Positions 27,668 through 37,304 of a DNA stretch of 64,000 nt are shown here, one piece after another; within the stretch, counting starts at the first letter, position 1; every line of letters starts with the position of its first letter. The notes beneath the pieces are model-generated. The model made no database searches. It had not been told where the DNA came from and saw only the letters and a program-made list of their open reading frames with translations. The DNA comes from a virus. Taxonomy: Duplodnaviria; Heunggongvirae; Uroviricota; Caudoviricetes. Where the stretch lies: the IMG/VR virus record IMGVR_UViG_2740892439_000009. One strand, 5' to 3'. The position numbers and the translations under genes were made by a program.

Positions 27668-29047
27668 ATGTCTAAAAAACGTTCCATCAAAGAGGTTCAG
27701 GACTTCCGTGACAGTGTAAAACGAGTAGTCGCTCTCCTTTCAGGTAAAAACATCCCTGTTGCAGAACGAGGGGACGACGCTTATGTACGCTATAACGATG
27801 ATGGAGAGCCAATTCTCGTAAACATCCCATCAATCCCGGATAACGCAACACCGGCATTGATGAATGCTGTGCGCGGATTTCTCGATCATGAGGTTGCTCA
27901 CATTTTGTTTACCGATATTCGTGTGTCCAACAAAATGAGAGAAAAAGGACGCGTTCCTTCCTGGTCGCTATGGAATGCCTTAGAAGACGTGTTCATCGAG
28001 CGAAAAATGGGGCAGGTCTTTAACGGAACAAGACGTAATCTGATGGCAACTCAGCGCCTTATAATCGAAAAAGTCTTTAAACCAAAGGCTTCAGAGGCTA
28101 TTGCTTATTGTGGCAAAGATCAGCGCGCGCTTTTTCTAAACTTCTTTCTCTGTCCGGTTGTAAGAGCCTGGGATGGCCAAGCACCGTTCGTAGATTTCAT
28201 GGATGAATATTGGCCTGTCATTGAGAAACCAATTTCATTATTAAAAGAACATGGTATCGATGTGGCCGTGCGTAACATGTCTTGCACCGAGGATTGTGTA
28301 AAGGTGGCTGCGACCATAGCTAAGATCCTCAAAGACACTGAAAGTGAAAGCAAAGGTAAGGAGTCAGCTCCGGGAAAAACTTCCGATCCTTCAGACGCTG
28401 ACCAGACGGATGCCTCTGGAGAAAACAATGAAGACAACGAAGATCATGAGACACCCTCATCGTTAGATAATCACAAATCTATCGAATCAGAATCACATAG
28501 TAAGCACAAACATGATAATAACGACAGCGATGATTCAGATAATTCTGAATCATCAGAAACAATATTCGATGATACAGAAAATGATAAAGAGGTATCAGAT
28601 TCTGATGCTTCTGATAACGCGGCGTCAGAATCATTAACCGCTGACCACGAAAAAAGAAAAACGACAGAAGACGGCTCTTCAGATATCCCAACTCCGTCAA
28701 AAATGAGTCTGGAAGAGGCTTTAGAGGAGCTGGATAGCATAGAAGATGAAGTCGGAGGCATGACAGAAGATGCTCTATCCGAAACGATTAAAAGCGAGTT
28801 AACAGAAAGCTCGAAAAGCGAATACAGGCCATACAATCGCTCATACGACTTCATCGGCTCGATTGATCAGGCAGAAGCCATATCAAACGGCTTATTAAAA
28901 CATTCTCCGATATTGATTTGGGAGGATATCCAATCAGCCGCTATCGCATCGTTCCTGAAGGCAACCAGCTCTTCGACAAATATATTGAAAAGCATCTTTC
29001 GTCAGGTGTTTCGTCGACGCTGGCAAAAGACCTGGAGCGAGCAATAG
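27668..29047 (+). CDS. CobT-like protein, N-terminal segment with acidic low-complexity linker (frame lost near 28915)
   Basis: Paired with a downstream vWA segment and a CobS-like AAA ATPase; highly acidic D/E/S-rich middle region. Confidence 0.5.
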   Translation: MSKKRSIKEVQDFRDSVKRVVALLSGKNIPVAERGDDAYVRYNDDGEPILVNIPSIPDNATPALMNAVRGFLDHEVAHILFTDIRVSNKMREKGRVPSWSLWNALEDVFIERKMGQVFNGTRRNLMATQRLIIEKVFKPKASEAIAYCGKDQRALFLNFFLCPVVRAWDGQAPFVDFMDEYWPVIEKPISLLKEHGIDVAVRNMSCTEDCVKVAATIAKILKDTESESKGKESAPGKTSDPSDADQTDASGENNEDNEDHETPSSLDNHKSIESESHSKHKHDNNDSDDSDNSESSETIFDDTENDKEVSDSDASDNAASESLTADHEKRKTTEDGSSDIPTPSKMSLEEALEELDSIEDEVGGMTEDALSETIKSELTESSKSEYRPYNRSYDFIGSIDQAEAISNGLLKHSPILIWEDIQSAAIASFLKATSSSTNILKSIFRQVFRRRWQKTWSEQ

Positions 29048-29775
29048 CAAGCAGAAACAGAGTTCAGTTTATACCGGGCCAGCGTCGGGGGCGCATTCAT
29101 GGTTCTAGTATCTACAGATTAGCAATGAATGATGATCGCGTGTTTCGTAAAAAAGAAGAATCTAAAGCCGTTAACGCCTGTGTTCAACAAGTGATTGATT
29201 TATCAGGTTCAATGAGTGGTATAACGATACAATTGGCTCTTGCAAGTGCATATACCATCGCCGATGCCCTTGATCGAATAAATGTTCCCAACATTATCAC
29301 CGGCTTCACTACATTTGGTAGTCATATGGCGGCAGGAGAACTTAAGGCTGTCAAGTATGAGTTCTCTCGCTTTGAATCTTTAATGCTACCTATCATCAAA
29401 AATTGGAATGAAAAGGTAAATTCTCGCGAAGTTCGCTCACGTATGGGGTGCGTAGGCTACACATTCCCACTTCTTAATAACGTGGATGGTGAAAGCATAG
29501 CCAGCCTTGCATCGTTATTTTCCGGTCGCATGGAGGACAGGAAGATCATGCTTGTTCTGAGTGACGGCGCGCCGTGGGCTGTTGGGAGAGGTTTTGACGC
29601 TCATTTGCGTTCGGTTGCGAAGCAAATTGAAACGCAGACTGACATTGATTTGATGGCAATTGGCATCATGACTGACGCACCGGAGAGATTTTACTCAAAT
29701 CATGCCCTGGTAACGAGCGTTGATAGTCTTGGTTCATCTGTAGTTACTGAACTATCTCGTATCATTTTGAAGTGA
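28918..29775 (+). CDS. von Willebrand factor A domain segment (CobT-like C-terminus, -1 frame)
   Basis: MIDAS motif VIDLSGSMSG. Confidence 0.65.
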   Translation: MGGYPISRYRIVPEGNQLFDKYIEKHLSSGVSSTLAKDLERAIASRNRVQFIPGQRRGRIHGSSIYRLAMNDDRVFRKKEESKAVNACVQQVIDLSGSMSGITIQLALASAYTIADALDRINVPNIITGFTTFGSHMAAGELKAVKYEFSRFESLMLPIIKNWNEKVNSREVRSRMGCVGYTFPLLNNVDGESIASLASLFSGRMEDRKIMLVLSDGAPWAVGRGFDAHLRSVAKQIETQTDIDLMAIGIMTDAPERFYSNHALVTSVDSLGSSVVTELSRIILK

Positions 29776-29870
29776 ATAAAACAGCCTTAATGATAAGTAA
29801 CCACTTACGATAGTTAATGGTATATTTATATAAGAAGTTGAACGCTCATTAGAGAACAAAGGAAAAACGC

Positions 29871-31106
29871 ATGACGACTACTGCACTGCAAAATGAAAAA
29901 AATCATTCTGATTACCTTGTTTGCAAGTGGTGCGGCAAATCATTTCACTATTTTAAGTCCCATGTAGCCAATGGTAATTGCGAGGGCATTCCTGAGTCAG
30001 TAAAAGATGCCGATCCTGACACCGTACTGAAAATGTACACAACGCAGTTTCCAGATGAACCAACGCTATCGAAAAAGGCACTTGATGCAATTCAAGCTAA
30101 ACGTGCCGAGCAAAAAAGCGAAATGGCCAAATCTTCTAGCTTGACCAGTAGCCCTGGCTACACAGGCACAGTTGAGTACAAGACAGATCTGGTCGCAGCT
30201 CACGAACTGCTAAACGTAACGGTGGAAGAACTCGGAACAAAACGTGGGACGCCGCTCATGGTTAGCGTCAACGTCAATACGCCGTATCCAGAGTTCGTTC
30301 CCGAAGTGAAGAAAGGCTACGTATATGGCGACTTCGAACTGATCAAAGATATTTTCATGATGCTTGAACTTGGCATACCTGGCTATTTGTGGGGTCATGC
30401 AGGAACAGGCAAATCGTCATTGCCTACACAGCTATGTGCTTTGCTCAATCGTCCGTTGATCCGTGCCCAACATACAGCATCAATGGAAGAGGCACATGTT
30501 ACGGGGCAAATTCTGGCGCGTGATGGCTCTACGTATTTCGAACCTGGCTTGCTTGCGCTCGCAATGAAGCATGGCTGGGTTTACCTCGCGGATGAATACG
30601 ACTTTGCGTTTCCACAAATTCTTGGCGTGTATCAGCCAGTGCTGGAAGGTGAAGCGTTAGTCATCAAAGAGGCGACTCCAGAATGGCGTCGCATTACTCC
30701 GCATGAACGGTTTGCTTTCATTGGCACTGGCAACACGAACGGATCTGGTGATGAAACCGGCTTGTACCAGGGTACAAACATCCAGAACGCCGCGAACTTT
30801 TCGCGTTTTGGCATCGTTTCGAATGTGAAATACATGAGCAAAGACGCAGAGATCAACATGTTGATAAATGCCGGTATCGTGGATGAATACGCAGAAAAGA
30901 TGGTTAAGTTTGCCGGTATCGTTCGCGATGGATACGAAGAACACCTTATCAGTCAGCCAATTGGCCCTCGTGAACTTTTGTTGTCGGCCAAGATTGGAAT
31001 GATGCGAGGCGACTTTGTGACAGGTATTGAGCGTTCTTTCATTAACAAACTCCCTTCAGCTTCTGCACAAGCGGCTCGTGAAGTTGTTCAAAAAATATTT
31101 GGTTGA
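29871..31106 (+). CDS. CobS/MoxR-like AAA+ ATPase
   Basis: Walker A GHAGTGKSS, Walker B VYLADEYD; conserved start context AAAGGAAAAACGCATG. Confidence 0.7.
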   Translation: MTTTALQNEKNHSDYLVCKWCGKSFHYFKSHVANGNCEGIPESVKDADPDTVLKMYTTQFPDEPTLSKKALDAIQAKRAEQKSEMAKSSSLTSSPGYTGTVEYKTDLVAAHELLNVTVEELGTKRGTPLMVSVNVNTPYPEFVPEVKKGYVYGDFELIKDIFMMLELGIPGYLWGHAGTGKSSLPTQLCALLNRPLIRAQHTASMEEAHVTGQILARDGSTYFEPGLLALAMKHGWVYLADEYDFAFPQILGVYQPVLEGEALVIKEATPEWRRITPHERFAFIGTGNTNGSGDETGLYQGTNIQNAANFSRFGIVSNVKYMSKDAEINMLINAGIVDEYAEKMVKFAGIVRDGYEEHLISQPIGPRELLLSAKIGMMRGDFVTGIERSFINKLPSASAQAAREVVQKIFG

Positions 31107-31285
31107 TCGTGCGTAAAGGATGTTTCGGCTCTCTTATCGCTGCTTCTGAAACTGGTAAGGCTTGTCTGGTGTGTCCAGACAAGCCCGATTGTCACCAATC
31201 AGCAAAAGAAGTTGCGATTTCGATGCATGGGAAGTTCGTAGCTTCCCCAATGACAAAATCAAAAAAACCAGAAAGGTAAAAACAC

Positions 31286-34200
31286 ATGAAGGCACTGATG
31301 GTTCGAACTGACTTCTCACTTGGGGAGTCGGCTTTAAAAGCAGAAAACGCGGTGAAGATTGCCAGAGAAGCTGGCTACACCGCTGTAATTTCAGCAGATA
31401 GCATGAATATTGCGAGCGTTATTCCACTACAACGTGCCGCTGGTGACGACATGGCGGTTATTTGTGGTGTGAAACTAAACATTGTTGATGATCCCACATA
31501 CGAGCACCGGGTTAAACTTGCTAAAGAATCTATGAGATGTATGGAATCATTAGAGCGGGGACGTAACTACTCGTTTACCGCTCTAATTAAAAATGAGCAA
31601 GGATATCGCGACATCTGCGAACTAATGACGGTGGCCAACACACGAGAACAGTTCTACTTTGTACCGCGTCTCTCGCTCGAACAGTTGGTTTCTACATATG
31701 CCAAAGGCAACATCATCCTGCTCACTTCCGACATCGGTAGCGTGTTCCAACGCAACGATTTTGCAAAAATCATAAGCTCACTGATTACAGCGGGCGGGAA
31801 AGACAACTTCTATAGCGTGGTTTATCCGCACCCTACCCCATTCTACGACCAGATTAACGTCCGGGCGATGAAAGTCGCCAGCGCATTGAAAATAGAGCCA
31901 GTGGCGTTCTATCCCGCTTATTACGAATCGATCGACGATGCAGACATTAAAGACATTGCGCACATGGTTACGAACAACATAAAAATCGACCAGCCGCATC
32001 GTCTGCGTATCCCCCACCAGCGAGATAACGCCATCAATGGTCGTCGCCATCTCCTTGAGGCGCTTAAAGCCTTCTCCGTTCGCATGGATGTGCCGGTAAC
32101 AGCTGCAATGGCCTCAACAACGCAGGACTCCATTATCGATGCCTGCACATGGCGCTGGCATGAATTGCCACCAGCACTGCCCAAGATGGCAGACGACGAA
32201 CCTGCAACGCTGATGAAACTGGCTGTTGCAGGGCTGCGTAAACGTCTTACCACAAAAGAGTTTGGATACACACCACCTGCTTCTGAGAACAGGGTTTATG
32301 TTGAGCGGCTAAAGTACGAAATGGACACGCTGACTCGCCTGGGATTCTGTGGTTACTTCCTGATGGTACGCGATCTGATGAATCACAGCCGTGAAACTGG
32401 CATTCCTGTCGGGCCTGGTCGTGGTTCCTCTGCCGGTTCTCTGGTGGCGTGGTGCATAGGCATAACCAACGTCGACCCAATCCGTCACGGTCTTCTGTTT
32501 GAGCGTTTCATCAACCCTGAGCGTCTCGACTTGCCGGATGCGGACTTGGACTTCAGCCAGGCACGTCGCCATGAGGTGATCGAGTATCTGAATGAACGCT
32601 ACGGCGAAGATTACGTTGCAGGCATTCCGAACTTCACCTATCTGGGCGCGGCATCTGCGCTGCGTGACACTGCACGTATTTACGGTGTCGATGCTGCGGA
32701 TATGGCGGTATCCAAAGAGTTCAAGAATATGGAGGACGACAGCCTGTCTCTGGAAGAGCTGCGCGAGCAACTGGCCAGCCTGGACAAATACGCCACGAAA
32801 AACCCGGAAGCGTTCAAAGCGGCGTGTAAGCTGCAAAGCCTGATGCGTGGTTTTGGTCGTCACGCTGCGGGGATGATCGTCGCTGGCGTTCCATTAGTAG
32901 AGCGCACGCCCGTCGAGCTGCGTGGCAATGCTCGATGTATTGCGTTCGATAAACGTTACTGCGAGGCGATGGGGCTGATTAAGTTGGACGTTCTCGGTCT
33001 GGCAACACTCGATCTTCTGGATAGCGCGAAACGCTACATCAAAGAGAGTACCGGTGAATACATCAATCTCGACGCTATCCCACTGGACGATCGCAAGGTT
33101 CTGGATGGGTTCGCTGCAGGGTACACGCAGGGCGTATTCCAGCTGGAGTCCGGCCCCATGCGTAAGCTGCTTAAAGATCTGGGCGGTGGCATCGAGCCAA
33201 TGAGTTTCAAAACCGTTGTCGCAACTACCGCCCTCTTCCGACCGGGACCGATTCAATCCGGCATGTTGGATGACTATGTTTCCGTTGCGAAAGGATTTAT
33301 GACGCCTACATCACTACATCCTGTCTTGGATGAACTGACCTCTGAAACAAATGGAGTGATTCTCTATCAGGAACAAACGATGAACGCAACAAGGCTTCTT
33401 GCTGGTTTCACAATGGCCGAGGCGGATGGTGTGCGTTCAGCAATCGGTAAGAAGAACATGGAAAAGATGAGGAGCATGGGTGAGAAATTTGTCATTCAGG
33501 CTCAAGCTGGGTGGATCGACGTAGAGCTTGAAAATGGCGCAATACAACGGATTCATCGCGCAGAACATTTTAAATGCGAGGACGGTACTCTGAGGACAGT
33601 TGAAGAGGCGTTGGAGCATGGAGTGAAGCTGCCAATGCCAGTTGTGCGCGTTACAACGTCACATCCAGGTCTGTCTGAGACGAAGGCAAAAGAGATATGG
33701 ACTGCATTTGAGAAAAACGGAGCCTATCAGTTCAATAAATCACACTCCGTTGCTTATTCTTTAATCAGTTATCAGTCTATGTGGCTAAAGACGCACTACC
33801 CTGCTGAGTTCTTCGCAGCTGCGCTCACCATTCTGGGCGAGGATAAGCATCAGGGGCTGGTGAAGGATGCGCTGACCTATGGCATTCGCGTATTGCCACC
33901 AGACGTTAATGTGTCATCTAACCGAATTGAGATCCGCACACTCGAAGACGGCAGTCAGGCACTGTATGCGCCATTCTCTGCTGTGAAAGGCTGTTCTGAA
34001 AATGGTTGTCAGGCAATTATGCGTGCGCGTGAGAAAGTTGGTGGCAAATTCGAGTCAGTGGCACAATTCGATGAAGCGGTCGAGAAGCGTGCATGTAACA
34101 GTCGTGTACGCGAGTCGCTTCATAAAGTAGGGGCTTTTGCGTCAATTGAGCCAGGCAGTCTGCCAGCAACTGATCCTGAACGACTGCGCGACCAGGCTGA

Positions 34201-34804
34201 GCTGATGGGCAATCTCATCATTGACGCTGTTAAAGCATCACGTCCGTTCGAAATGAATCCTAAGCGTTCTGCCGAAATCAACGTACTCATGACACGTATG
34301 GCGGCTGAAATGGGCTTGGGTGAGGAGTTGATACGCCCGACTATTGGTATTAAACCCAAAATCATGATCATTCTGGACAATGCGAACGGCAATGACGCTC
34401 GTACCGGCTACTTCATGGAGAACGGATACGACGACTTTAAGGCAAAACTACTGACAGTTGGAGATCTGCGCATGGGCGATCTTTATGTCACGGGTGTTTG
34501 TAAGAAGGTTAAGGACAAAGAGAAAGACTATACCAAAGACGAGATAGGCCAGTTCACAGACTTTATGCGGGAAGAAATTAATCTTGTACGACCAACCTAC
34601 ATTTTGACGTGTGGTAGTCGTTCAACCGCACTATTTAACAATAAGAGTAAACCATCAGATCTGATTGGTCGTAAGGAGTACTTCCCAGAGCTTGATGCAA
34701 CCGTCTTCTACGGATTTAACCCGAATATCCTGTACTTCCGACCGGAAGAAGGAGAGCGACTGGAGGCCATTCTGGCTGATATCGCGGAGACAATAAATAA
34801 GTAA
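31286..34804 (+). CDS. dnaE: DNA polymerase III alpha subunit (DnaE-type, family C) with extra internal and C-terminal segments
   Basis: PHP N-terminus; core motifs GFCGYFLMVRDL, GPGRGSSAGSLVAWCIGIT, ATTALFRPGP, AYQFNKSHSVAYSL; 1172 aa. Confidence 0.9.
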   Translation: MKALMVRTDFSLGESALKAENAVKIAREAGYTAVISADSMNIASVIPLQRAAGDDMAVICGVKLNIVDDPTYEHRVKLAKESMRCMESLERGRNYSFTALIKNEQGYRDICELMTVANTREQFYFVPRLSLEQLVSTYAKGNIILLTSDIGSVFQRNDFAKIISSLITAGGKDNFYSVVYPHPTPFYDQINVRAMKVASALKIEPVAFYPAYYESIDDADIKDIAHMVTNNIKIDQPHRLRIPHQRDNAINGRRHLLEALKAFSVRMDVPVTAAMASTTQDSIIDACTWRWHELPPALPKMADDEPATLMKLAVAGLRKRLTTKEFGYTPPASENRVYVERLKYEMDTLTRLGFCGYFLMVRDLMNHSRETGIPVGPGRGSSAGSLVAWCIGITNVDPIRHGLLFERFINPERLDLPDADLDFSQARRHEVIEYLNERYGEDYVAGIPNFTYLGAASALRDTARIYGVDAADMAVSKEFKNMEDDSLSLEELREQLASLDKYATKNPEAFKAACKLQSLMRGFGRHAAGMIVAGVPLVERTPVELRGNARCIAFDKRYCEAMGLIKLDVLGLATLDLLDSAKRYIKESTGEYINLDAIPLDDRKVLDGFAAGYTQGVFQLESGPMRKLLKDLGGGIEPMSFKTVVATTALFRPGPIQSGMLDDYVSVAKGFMTPTSLHPVLDELTSETNGVILYQEQTMNATRLLAGFTMAEADGVRSAIGKKNMEKMRSMGEKFVIQAQAGWIDVELENGAIQRIHRAEHFKCEDGTLRTVEEALEHGVKLPMPVVRVTTSHPGLSETKAKEIWTAFEKNGAYQFNKSHSVAYSLISYQSMWLKTHYPAEFFAAALTILGEDKHQGLVKDALTYGIRVLPPDVNVSSNRIEIRTLEDGSQALYAPFSAVKGCSENGCQAIMRAREKVGGKFESVAQFDEAVEKRACNSRVRESLHKVGAFASIEPGSLPATDPERLRDQAELMGNLIIDAVKASRPFEMNPKRSAEINVLMTRMAAEMGLGEELIRPTIGIKPKIMIILDNANGNDARTGYFMENGYDDFKAKLLTVGDLRMGDLYVTGVCKKVKDKEKDYTKDEIGQFTDFMREEINLVRPTYILTCGSRSTALFNNKSKPSDLIGRKEYFPELDATVFYGFNPNILYFRPEEGERLEAILADIAETINK

Positions 34805-34807
34805 TAA

Positions 34808-34836
34808 AGAAAACCCGCCTGTTGGCGGGTTTATAA
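34808..34836 (+). terminator. Rho-independent terminator
   Basis: AAACCCGCC..GGCGGGTTT hairpin. Confidence 0.6.
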
Positions 34837-35107
34837 AGAATTATGGCGCTTGTTGAGGAAGTCACTCCTCTTACGCACTTTGTTTTGCCATGCCGGCAGT
34901 TAGCTTCTGCCTTTGACTATTCATGCGGCAACCCCGCATTTCGCCACAATGGGCAATTCACTTTTATGGAATAAACTGGCCGTTGTGTCGATTTAATTAG
35001 CATGGCCTTACCATGCTAATTTATTCAACTTGTACAATCCTACAAATCTATCCACTCAGGCTTACACCGTCTTCGTTATTGTAGAAATGAGGATCATCAG
35101 CGTTGAA

Positions 35108-35323
35108 TCAGCTTAGAGCAACGACATTTGCTGCTGCTGGGCCTTTAGCCCCATTCTCGATAGAGAATTCGACCTGCTGGCCTTCTTCCAAAGTGCGGAA
35201 ATTATTACTCTGAATTGCCGAAAAATGTACAAAAACATCTTTACTGCCATCAGCAGGAGAAATAAAGCCAAAGCCTTTATCAGAGTTAAACCATTTTACT
35301 AAACCAGTCATTTTATTAGACAT
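35108..35323 (-). CDS. cspA: Cold-shock protein, CspA family
   Basis: [38 protein letters not shown] is near-identical in pattern to E. coli CspA; SD AAGAAGG; long upstream leader; terminator-like hairpin near 34995-35020. Confidence 0.85.
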   Translation of the reverse strand: MSNKMTGLVKWFNSDKGFGFISPADGSKDVFVHFSAIQSNNFRTLEEGQQVEFSIENGAKGPAAANVVALS

Positions 35324-35652
35324 AGATATTACCTTCTTAATTTTGTGAGCCACATAGTGCGGCGAGAATTTGATCTGTATAGATTGGGACTTACTTAGGC
35401 ACTTAAGGAGGAGACTCACGAAGAAGGGAAATCAGAAGATAACACTGAACTGAGACTGCTTTACTAAAACTGCTTACATAAGGTCTGTCTTGCAAACCAA
35501 CGATGCTATTAACGCATACCCCTTCTTTTCATGCAACCTTTATTTTTCAAAGATAACTAATTTTTGTCACCATTGGTTTAGTAAACGTTAACGAACCAGA
35601 CGATGCCAGACACCTTTACAGAGAACAGATGCCCGCCAATTGGCGGGCATCA

Positions 35653-36216
35653 TTATGCGCATTTCGCAATATCTTTGCGGCGTTTAATCAGTTTCTCCGC
35701 AATTTGCTCTATTTCGTTGAAATCTTTCGAGACGCTGTTTCGAAGCGCCAGATTCCATTTACTCAAAGTTCGGGCATTTTGGACAATTTGATCGCCCTCT
35801 TTAAGTCGTCCGTTATTCATGAGCCATTCAGCCACATCAGCCCAATCCCAGAGAGGAGACTGGCCTTTTATGCGTTGTACAGGGCAAGGGAAGTCGCCGC
35901 TTCCGCGCTTACCGTCTTTGAGCAACGCCACTGCCTGGCGAGACAGGTCTGTCAGTTCCGCGATATCGCTTAAGCCCACAAGAGCCGAGTCGACGGATTC
36001 AACAATTGCACCGATACCGGCTGATTCAATATTGTCGACCGCAGATGCGATAGCTGCATCAAGTGATTGTGCTTCGCGGTCAAATTCTACATAGACGGAG
36101 TTTCCATATGCGCAAATTAGCGCATCGTCACAGCCGTTTTGGTACAGCGCGTCTTCCAGTCCTTCCGTCTCATACGATACGCCTGAGAGCGTCAGAGTGA
36201 AGTTATAAAGCGCCAT
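35653..36216 (-). CDS. Hypothetical DNA-binding protein (C-terminal HTH-like region)
   Basis: ATG at 36216 with AAAGGAA SD; C-terminal segment LSRQAVALL..LWDWADVAEW resembles small phage HTH regulators. Confidence 0.4.
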   Translation of the reverse strand: MALYNFTLTLSGVSYETEGLEDALYQNGCDDALICAYGNSVYVEFDREAQSLDAAIASAVDNIESAGIGAIVESVDSALVGLSDIAELTDLSRQAVALLKDGKRGSGDFPCPVQRIKGQSPLWDWADVAEWLMNNGRLKEGDQIVQNARTLSKWNLALRNSVSKDFNEIEQIAEKLIKRRKDIAKCA

Positions 36217-36276
36217 AGTTTTCCTTTGAAGATAGTTGGACAGTTTCTGCAAAAGGCGGCTAATGCCGCCTTGAAA

Positions 36277-36501
36277 TCATTTACAACGATCAACCATTCG
36301 TTTGATCTGTTTGGCATGGTTTTCGGGATTACCCGGAGTCGACCATACGCTCATTTGGTGAGTTTTGTGTTCACCTTCTGGATTACCGCATCGCAGTCTG
36401 CAAAAACAATGTGCAGCACCACCAGCTGCTACCCAGATCCAGCCTTTACTTAATGCATAGTCAATGGCTGCTTGAATATGCTTATTCGGATGTTGCTTCA
36501 T
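36277..36501 (-). CDS. Hypothetical Cys/His-rich small protein
   Basis: 74-aa ORF with GGAGG SD. Confidence 0.45.
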   Translation of the reverse strand: MKQHPNKHIQAAIDYALSKGWIWVAAGGAAHCFCRLRCGNPEGEHKTHQMSVWSTPGNPENHAKQIKRMVDRCK

Positions 36502-36755
36502 TCGCCTCCGATAATAGTATTCTATTCACAGTGTTGACATCTGTCAACGGCGACTGAATTTCATCCGTTCATGCCACACCCCCATCCATCTCATGTATGT
36601 GACCTAAAGATGGTCAGCACAGCTTACCAAAATAAGACAACTAATTATCTTCGGTGATCTCAACATTTTCCCCTGAACAAAGTTGACATGACGCCATAAA
36701 CCCGTTCTCTGTTTGATATAATTGATACAGATTTTATAAGTAGGAACTTATTAGA

Positions 36756-37187
36756 ATGAACACTGATATTTTTTCTAAAATCATGGCTGATCTGGAGTTC
36801 GACCGCGACAACCTTGAGGAAGTATGGCGTAAGCAGCCACGGCTTTTAATGGAGTATGGGTCAAAACTAGCGCTGGCAGATCGAGATGTCGCAGAGGCAA
36901 AACTTAACCTTGAAGCTGTTGAAGCAAAGCTATACGACACAGAGCGTAAGAACTTGAGTATGAACGGCATTAAGTTCAACGAGTCTGTACTGGACGCTAA
37001 GGTTAAAACAAACCCACAGTATCTGTCTAAACGGCAGAAGTTGGATGAAGCACGGCACATCGCAGACATATACAAACATGCTGTCGCCGCCTTTTCGCAT
37101 CGCCGAGACATGATCGTTCAGGCGTCGAAGATGGCTATCGTTGAATTAGAGCGATTAGGCTCTGAACGCTTTATTTCTCCCCGTTGA
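36756..37187 (+). CDS. Hypothetical protein; possible UvsY-like recombination mediator (weak)
   Basis: About 140 aa, helical, sits next to the SSB and RecA-like genes; suggestion rests on size and context only. Confidence 0.3.
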   Translation: MNTDIFSKIMADLEFDRDNLEEVWRKQPRLLMEYGSKLALADRDVAEAKLNLEAVEAKLYDTERKNLSMNGIKFNESVLDAKVKTNPQYLSKRQKLDEARHIADIYKHAVAAFSHRRDMIVQASKMAIVELERLGSERFISPR

Positions 37188-37304
37188 TTTTTGATAGATA
37201 ATAAGTAAGTACTGATCTATCATTTAACAGCTCGAAAGAGCCACGAATGAACGAAAGCCCAACGCGCATAGCGCCATCGGCCAAATCACAACAAGGAGAA
37301 ACAC

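Noticed and set aside
33440-33700. Intein or homing-endonuclease insertion in DnaE.
   Set aside because: The extra segment is only about 50 aa, with no intein splice-junction residues or endonuclease motifs.
36277-36501. HicA/HicB-type toxin-antitoxin pair (36277-36501 with 35653-36216).
   Set aside because: The small protein is Cys/His-rich and does not resemble HicA, and the larger protein's N-terminus is not convincingly HicB-like; left as hypothetical.
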